From Candidatus Saccharimonadota bacterium (GTDB lineage: Bacteria; Patescibacteriota; Saccharimonadia; Saccharimonadales; UBA4665), in the NCBI GenBank assembly GCA_016699935.1, contig CP064992.1:570001-602000 (forward strand): a stretch of 32,000 nt of DNA, given 5' to 3'. Shown here one piece after another: positions 27,419 through 32,000 of this stretch. A program made the position numbers and the translations under genes. Positions within the stretch are counted from its first letter, which is position 1. Every line of letters begins with the position of its first letter. A model generated the notes under the pieces. The model did no database searches. It saw only the letters and a list, made by a program, of their open reading frames with translations, and was not told the origin of the DNA.

Positions 27419-27470
27419 GCGGGTGTCGTATAACGGTCATTATGTAGCCTTCGTGAAGGCTGAGACGGGG
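27419..27470 (+). pseudogene. Copy of the first ~52 nt of tRNA-Gly(CCC), with an altered 8-nt anticodon loop.
   Basis: Identical to 27623-27673 except for one D-loop base and the loop TTCGTGAA in place of TTCCCAA. Homology ends in the T-stem G-run. Confidence 0.85.
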
Positions 27471-27622
27471 TGAGACCCGCCTATGGCGGGTCGCAAGGCC
27501 GGAGACTGATTTGAAGCTATGCTTCAAGTATGTCGAGGCGGGGTCGAGATCCGGCTGATTATGAAATAATCACCGAAATCGTGACCGACTCAAGTCGAAC
27601 CTTGTATAATTATTATTGCTGA
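27471..27622 (+). other. Hairpin-rich spacer between the tRNA-Gly fragment and the intact gene; candidate structured RNA related to 22857-23068.
   Basis: Three perfect 7-bp hairpins with triloops: ACCCGCC-TAT-GGCGGGT (27475-27491), TTGAAGC-TAT-GCTTCAA (27511-27527) and TGATTAT-GAA-ATAATCA (27556-27572). TATAAT at 27605-27610. Confidence 0.5.
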
Positions 27623-27696
27623 GCGGGTGTCGTATAACGGTTATTATGTAGCCTTCCCAAGGCTGAGACGGGGGTTCGACTCCCCCACCCGCACCA
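27623..27696 (+). tRNA. tRNA-Gly(CCC)
   Basis: The cloverleaf, with anticodon loop TTCCCAA and encoded CCA, is clear. As assembled, the C-run 27682-27686 is one C short of closing both the T stem and the 7-bp acceptor stem. Confidence 0.8.
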
Positions 27697-27870
27697 ACAA
27701 GAGGCCCACGAAAGGAAACGGTGGGTATCTTGTTGGTTGAGGCGAGCAAACCAACTCAGCCGCCCTTGGCTTACGAGCAGGGGGAGCCGAACGGCTGGAG
27801 CGATGTCTGAGTTTTGGCCAATGTACCACGGAATTTCTCGATATTTCTGTTACAATACACTACTAGATTT

Positions 27871-28229
27871 ATGTCATCACACAAGCATTTTATTCAGGAC
27901 CGGTCGGCGTTGTTGCTCGTGAGCCTCAATACGTTTTTGGCGCTGGCAGCAATTGTTCTCGTCGCTCTCAAACTCGATTCGAGCAAGGGAACGGTCAATT
28001 ACATCGTGTCGTTCCGTTCATCGCTTGGATTTGATGGCTATACTCAAGGTACGGCTTGGGATGTCGTGAGTTTATGGTTGCAGCTGTTCTTGTCCTTGTT
28101 GTCGGAGTGGCGTTGTCCTACTGCACTTACAAAATTAAGCGGGAACTCTCGCTCGTTGTTCTGGCGCTCACCATACCACTCCTAATTTTGCTCATTATTG
28201 TTAGTAACGCGTTACTTCTTTTGCGTTAG
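27871..28229 (+). CDS. Small polytopic membrane protein.
   Basis: TGtTACAAT extended -10 at 27848-27856. TM segments ALLLVSLNTFLALAAIVLVAL and, after a frame break near 28075, ..VAAVLVLVVGVALSY..LSLVVLALTIPLLILLIIV. Confidence 0.45.
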
Positions 28230-28300
28230 CGTATGACTGACTTAGAAATACCGCACGCAAGATAGAAGAGGCCACTACCGGTTTTTGAAGTTTTACCGGA

Positions 28301-29847
28301 GTGCTTAGCTGGAGCATGCTGGCGGTGCCGTTTATTTTGAGTTTTATCGATGTCAGGATTGCTGCACTATTTATGTTTATTTACGTCCTGATTAACTTTT
28401 CGCGAGGGTCAGCAAGTGCTATTCGTTCGATGCAAGGGTTTCGGACCCTTCGCCAGCACCAAAAATTGCCGTGGCTAACTATGCTCGAGGAGCTTGCCGC
28501 AGGCGAAGTGACCCTGAGGGCAAAGCGTCCACGTTGGCACCATTACGCTGTTGCAGGTACCAAAGAACGGCCAATTCTCATGAAGCCCAGTAAAGTAGTG
28601 CATGCGGTTATTATCGCAACGTATAAGGAATCCCGTGATGTACTTCAGCCTACTATAGAGGCTCTCCTGGCCTCTGATTACAATATGAAGCAGGTTATAT
28701 GCATTCTTGCGTACGAAGGACGGGCGGGGAGGCGGTTGAACAGCAGGCGACAGACCTTATGAAGACATACAAATCTCACTTTATGGACGCTTTTGCTGTG
28801 AAACATCCTTCGAATATCCCCGGTGAAATTATTGGTAAAGGGGGAAATGTTACCTATGCTGGCCGCGAACTCGAGAACTATCTGAAGACAAAGGGGATAG
28901 ATCCGCTTCGCGTGCTCGTTACGACACTCGATGCAGATAATCGTCCAGACAAACAGTATCTAGCCGCCCTTAGTTACGCGTACATCGTCTGCCCAGATCC
29001 AATCCATTCATCGTTCCAACCAGTGGCGCTCTTCTCGAACAATATTTGGGATGCTCCAGCGCCCATGCGGGTTCTTGCGACTGGAAATTCCATATCTCAT
29101 CTTGTGTTTTCGCTTCGTTCTCATGCGCTGAGGAATTTTTCGGCACATGCTCAACCCATGGTTGCACTCATAAAAACAGATTTTTGGAGCGTGCGGACTA
29201 TAGTCGAGGACGGTCATCAGTTCTGGCGTTCGTATTTTCGGTTTGAGGGGAATTACCGCGCATTGCCACTCCATTTGCCCATTTACCAGGACGCTGTACT
29301 GTCAGATACCTACTGGAAAACACTTAAGGCCCAGTTCCTCCAGTATCGTCGGTGGACGTATGGCGCATCCGATCTCGCGTATGTGGTACACATGGGATTT
29401 TTCCGTAAGAATACTATTTCCAAGCGAGATCTGATTGCGAAAACATGGCGGTTGCTCGAAGGTCACGTGACGTGGGCGGTTGGCCCCATACTGGTTTTAT
29501 TTGGCGGCTTTATACCGGTACTTTTTCACCCGAAAAGCTATGCGGCGCTCGAACTACCACTCATCGTCAGCCGCATACAGACAGTCGCCATCTTTGTCGC
29601 CGTAGTTACCGTGTTTTTATCATTAAAAACACTTCCCCCGAAACCCAAAAGGTACAAGCGTCATAAAAGTATCTTCATGGTACTACAGTGGGCGTATTTG
29701 CCCTTCACGACACTATTCTTTAACTCTTTTGCGGCACTCTATTCCCAGACTCGACTGATGTTGGGCAAATACATATCGAAATTCGACGTTACAGACAAAG
29801 CGGTCATATTCCAGGCGGCTGACGGTACAACCAGTAAAAAACTATAA
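28301..29847 (+). CDS. Family-2 membrane glycosyltransferase (processive, cellulose/chitin-synthase-like architecture).
   Basis: ..VIIATYKES.., TLDADN, the motif QYRRWTYG (Q-x-x-R-W) and C-terminal TM segments. Frame break at the G-run 28726-28729. The true start may be the ATG at 28233. Confidence 0.7.
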
Positions 29848-29849
29848 GG

Positions 29850-30263
29850 TTACAATTGGGGAGTGTCGTTATGGTAGGCGCTATAGTGTGCTGCTGCCAA
29901 TGTATCAAAACGGCTCAGTACGTCGTAGGCTTTGTTCGTGATATCTTTGACATCCACAGAGCCATTTACGGCTGTTATCAGGAGTTTTTGTGTGATAGTT
30001 GCTACTAATGCTGCGGCGTCTGCTACAGCGCTTGTGCGGTGTCCTAGTGAAGCCGCTAGACTTATGAGCAGCTTATCTCGCTCAAACGACTCCAGGTGTG
30101 CCTTGTGTTTTACTATTATTGCGGCAGAGTAGTCAATGCTTTCGTTGGTCGTAAATATCGCATCACAGGCACGACATTTACGCCGACGCCACGTTTGATT
30201 CAATCGCTTCTGCGGACGTGAATTTACGACTTCAGTCCTAGATCCACAATAGAGACATACCAT
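29850..30263 (-). CDS. nrdR: Transcriptional repressor NrdR.
   Basis: Zinc-ribbon CLYCGS..CRAC followed by an ATP-cone-like region. Confidence 0.85.
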   Translation of the reverse strand: MVCLYCGSRTEVVNSRPQKRLNQTWRRRKCRACDAIFTTNESIDYSAAIIVKHKAHLESFERDKLLISLAASLGHRTSAVADAAALVATITQKLLITAVNGSVDVKDITNKAYDVLSRFDTLAAAHYSAYHNDTPQL

Positions 30264-30278
30264 GTCTATATATTGACA
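30263..30278. promoter_or_regulatory. NrdR-box-like palindrome abutting the nrdR start codon.
   Basis: On the minus strand, TGTCAATATATAGACA. Its core CaATATATaG fits the published NrdR-box core C-w-A-t-A-T-a-T-w-G. Confidence 0.5.
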
Positions 30279-30297
30279 TAGCGCTGGTAAAAAAGCT

Positions 30298-30327
30298 AGT
30301 GGATAAACTGATGGAAAGCGTGGATAA
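30298..30327. promoter_or_regulatory. Two DnaA-box-like 9-mers upstream of nrdR.
   Basis: Minus-strand TTATCCACT (30298-30306) and TTATCCACG (30319-30327), each 8/9 to TTATCCACA. Confidence 0.4.
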
Positions 30328-30329
30328 AC

Positions 30330-30512
30330 AAAAAACCCGGCTTTCCTGCGGAAGGCCGGGGCATTGTCTTATGAAGGAAACCGGTACTTATGCTGTCCTT
30401 ACCCTGCGTACGCGCGTAACGCGTTTAACGCTCGGGAGTTCTTCATAAAACAACTGGAAGCTCGCAAGTGAGCTTGGTTGTTTCGTACTCAGTGGGAACA
30501 CCTCGTTTAACG
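30330..30512 (-). ncRNA. Candidate small RNA of about 180 nt with its own promoter and terminator; class unknown.
   Basis: On the minus strand, TTGACT (30547-30542), 17 nt, TAGACT (30524-30519). Two internal hairpins. Terminator CCCGGCcTTCC-GCA-GGAAaGCCGGG plus TTTTTT (30360-30330). No credible ORF. Confidence 0.35.
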
Positions 30513-30620
30513 TGGTATAGTCTAGCAAACGAATACTTGCAAGTCAAGCAAAAACATTGTATACATAAGCACAATAACAGATTGGCACAATGAATTATTG
30601 TTCCATATAGCGTCTTTCGC

Positions 30621-30857
30621 TGGTGGGCGTTATCACTAGTGGAATCGGCCTGTTTCATCACGAAAAAGGCCAGCACTGCTGACCTTCTCTCGTGGTGGGC
30701 GATATCACTTCGTGGAATCGGCCTGTTTCATCACGAAAAAGGCCAGCTGTGCTGAGCCTCTCTCGTGGTGGGCGATATCACTTCGTGGAATCGGCCTGTT
30801 TCATCACGAAAAAGGCCAGCTGTGCTGACCTTCTCTCGTGGTGGGCGATATAGGATA
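30621..30857 (-). repeat. Three tandem 72-73-bp repeats plus a partial fourth; on the minus strand each ends with the 3'-terminal 13-18 nt of tRNA-Val including CCA.
   Basis: Plus-strand units start with tggtgggcg at 30621, 30693, 30766 and 30839. The tRNA's own copy is at 31013. Units 2 and 3 differ at two positions; unit 1 is more diverged. Confidence 0.9.
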
Positions 30858-30976
30858 GCAGGCTGCGCCTTTTTACGGGCAATCTTTCTCAGAACAAGTT
30901 CCTGCGAGAGCTTGCCCTCCACCGAACCTTCGTTCGCTAAGCTCACTCTTACGGTTCTCTCCTATTCGTTAGCACC

Positions 30977-31012
30977 ATATATAAATACCCCAAATGAAGG
31001 GGTATTTATATA
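30977..31012 (-). terminator. Perfect 15-bp AT-rich hairpin immediately after tRNA-Val.
   Basis: ATATATAAATACCCC, 7 nt, GGGGTATTTATATAT. Confidence 0.55.
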
Positions 31013-31089
31013 TGGTGGGCGATATAGGATTCGAACCTATCACCTCCACAACGTCAATGTGGCGCTCTAGCCAAATGAGCTAATCGCCC
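31013..31089 (-). tRNA. tRNA-Val(GAC)
   Basis: GGGCGAT TA GCTC ATTTGGCTA GAGC G CCACA TTGACGT TGTGG AGGTG ATAGG TTCGAAT CCTAT ATCGCCC A CCA. Confidence 0.9.
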
Positions 31090-31191
31090 AGATGATATCT
31101 GGTGTAATGCATGTAAGCAGCTTGGCAATCTCAATAAAGTGCATTGGCTAAAGCGCCTGGGGTGAGTTGCAAATAACTCGCCACACTTGCC

Positions 31192-31214
31192 TTGCCAAAT
31201 GAGCCTATAGCCCA
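31192..31214 (-). pseudogene. Degenerate copy of the tRNA-Val 5' end (acceptor plus D arm), about 100 nt upstream of the intact gene.
   Basis: 19/23 identity: cttgccaaatgagcctatagccc against ctagccaaatgagctaatcgccc. Confidence 0.55.
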
Positions 31215-31336
31215 GTCGGGACATACGAAATATAACAGATGAGGCGGTGTATTTCAACTGTCATACCGTGGTATGACAGTTGAAAGTGCGAACCTAGCAG
31301 CTATACCATTGCTGGTATAGAATCTCATAAATTGGG

Positions 31337-31353
31337 TTATCCACTTATCCACA
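31337..31353. promoter_or_regulatory. Two overlapping DnaA boxes.
   Basis: TTATCCACT (31337-31345) and a perfect TTATCCACA (31345-31353). Confidence 0.45.
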
Positions 31354-31454
31354 GGTAACTTTGGAAATAGAACAAAAAAGTACTAGCATAATGCAGCTAG
31401 GCCGTGTATACTAGCGTGTGAGGTGAGGTTTTGCCGAGAGGTTTTACCAAACTA

Positions 31455-31496
31455 GAAAGCGCTTGGATGTCTTTGCGAGAGCATCCAAGCGCTTTT
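31455..31496 (+). terminator. Strong rho-independent terminator.
   Basis: AAAGCGCTTGGATG, 12 nt, CATCCAAGCGCTTT, with a TTTTT tail. Confidence 0.7.
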
Positions 31497-31540
31497 TGTT
31501 ATAGTTGTGATGGATAGTTTATGCGGTGTATACTGGTTGC

Positions 31541-31709
31541 AAGCGCTGATGTGGACTAACCAGCTACGGAGCTTCGTTGGTGTGGCAACAGAGTACGATA
31601 ACTACAGTTGCAAGAGTAAACGCCCCAGGTGGAACCCCCCACACTTGTACACAGGTGAGGGGCCCGAGGCACGCTAGAGTAGACAAATAGTCTAATTGGC
31701 GTGTTTTTT
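31541..31709 (+). promoter_or_regulatory. thrS leader with a T-box-like motif and a terminator; candidate tRNA-sensing riboswitch.
   Basis: Promoter TTGTGA (31505-31510), 18 nt, TATACT (31529-31534). UGAUG; two AGAGUA boxes; candidate specifier ACC-A. AAACGCCCCAGGUGGAACC (31628-31636 = GGUGGAACC). Terminator CACGC..GCGTG plus TTTTTT at 31670-31709. Confidence 0.35.
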
Positions 31710-31729
31710 GTTTATAAGGAGGTTTGAAA

Positions 31730-32000
31730 ATGAGTGATAGTCAAGACAACCTATATGCCATGCGGCATAGTCTGGCGCATATATTGGCGACGGCGGTGCA
31801 AGACCTGTGGCCAGAGGTAAAGCTCGGTGTGGGGCCTGTGGTCGATAATGGATTTTACTACGATATAGACCTCGGGCCAGACGTGAAGCTTAGCGAAGAC
31901 GATTTTCCACGCATAGAGGAAAAGATGCACGAAATCATTAAAAGCGCACAGCCTTTTGAAAGGTTTACTATGCCAGTACTTGAGGCATTGCACTGGGCTC
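31730..32000 (+). CDS. thrS: Threonyl-tRNA synthetase, N-terminal part; runs off the window.
   Basis: AAGGAGG 7 nt before the ATG. MSDSQDNLYAMRHSLAHILATAVQDLWPEVKLGVGPVVDNGFYYDIDL.. matches the ThrRS second-additional-domain pattern (RHS.AH.LA, NGFYYD). Confidence 0.8.
   Translation, partial: MSDSQDNLYAMRHSLAHILATAVQDLWPEVKLGVGPVVDNGFYYDIDLGPDVKLSEDDFPRIEEKMHEIIKSAQPFERFTMPVLEALHWA

Noticed and set aside
27555-27585. A hammerhead-like string CUGAUUAUGAAAUAAUCACCGAAA.
   Set aside because: The conserved CUGAnGA box is violated at the essential G (CUGAUUA), and the helices do not fit a three-way junction.
30621-30857. A possible CRISPR array, considered here and for the 225-bp repeats at 4281-5179.
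   Set aside because: The units abut one another with no unique spacers. The 73-bp units carry tRNA-derived ends and the 225-bp units are in-frame coding repeats. No cas genes are present.
30298-31353. The chromosomal replication origin.
   Set aside because: Only four DnaA-type boxes are present, three of them imperfect. There is no obvious AT-rich unwinding element and no dnaA/dnaN neighbourhood. It is retained as a low-interest note only.

Overview
This window is about 45-50% GC. It reads best as a chromosome segment from a monoderm or CPR-type bacterium, plausibly Patescibacteria (Saccharibacteria-like); that assignment is inferred from gene content, not proven. The core (9465-21197) is a secretin-less type IV pilus cluster: pilM, pilN, pilO-like, a small membrane ORF, pilB, pilT, pilC, the major pilin, pilD, three prepilin-like minor pilins and a PilX-like gene. 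A large secreted protein (7332-9399) lies just upstream, and a paralog of its C-terminus sits at 1-858. Between the two paralogs lies a 6.5 kb accessory stretch. It holds two hypothetical membrane ORFs, a PaaX-like gene and three diverged copies of a leader-like structured element. It also holds a roughly 2 kb island of about 65% GC, which encodes an actinobacterial-style repeat surface protein with four identical 225-bp repeats. A degraded ORF and a RelE/YafQ-DinJ-like toxin-antitoxin cassette bracketed by heptanucleotide tandem repeats complete the stretch. Downstream of the pilus cluster are a tyrosine recombinase, ndk, a pfkB-family kinase, a PH-domain membrane protein, a PpiC/SurA-like PPIase, mscL, a GT2 glycosyltransferase, nrdR and the start of thrS. 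These are interleaved with tRNA-Arg(CCT), tRNA-Thr(CGT), tRNA-Gly(CCC) and tRNA-Val(GAC). The most unusual signals are three. (1) Partial tRNA copies fused to hairpin-rich spacers lie immediately upstream of the intact tRNA-Arg, tRNA-Gly and tRNA-Val genes; there is also a promoter- and terminator-equipped tRNA-Asp-like RNA and a 73-bp tandem array carrying the tRNA-Val 3' end. (2) STRR-like heptanucleotide tandem repeats occur throughout the intergenic DNA, and one tract lies inside pilD. (3) The high-GC island may be host-derived. One major caveat applies: more than 30 ORF breaks fall in short homopolymer runs, and one even falls inside tRNA-Gly. I therefore treat most frameshifts as consensus errors and annotate the genes as intact.
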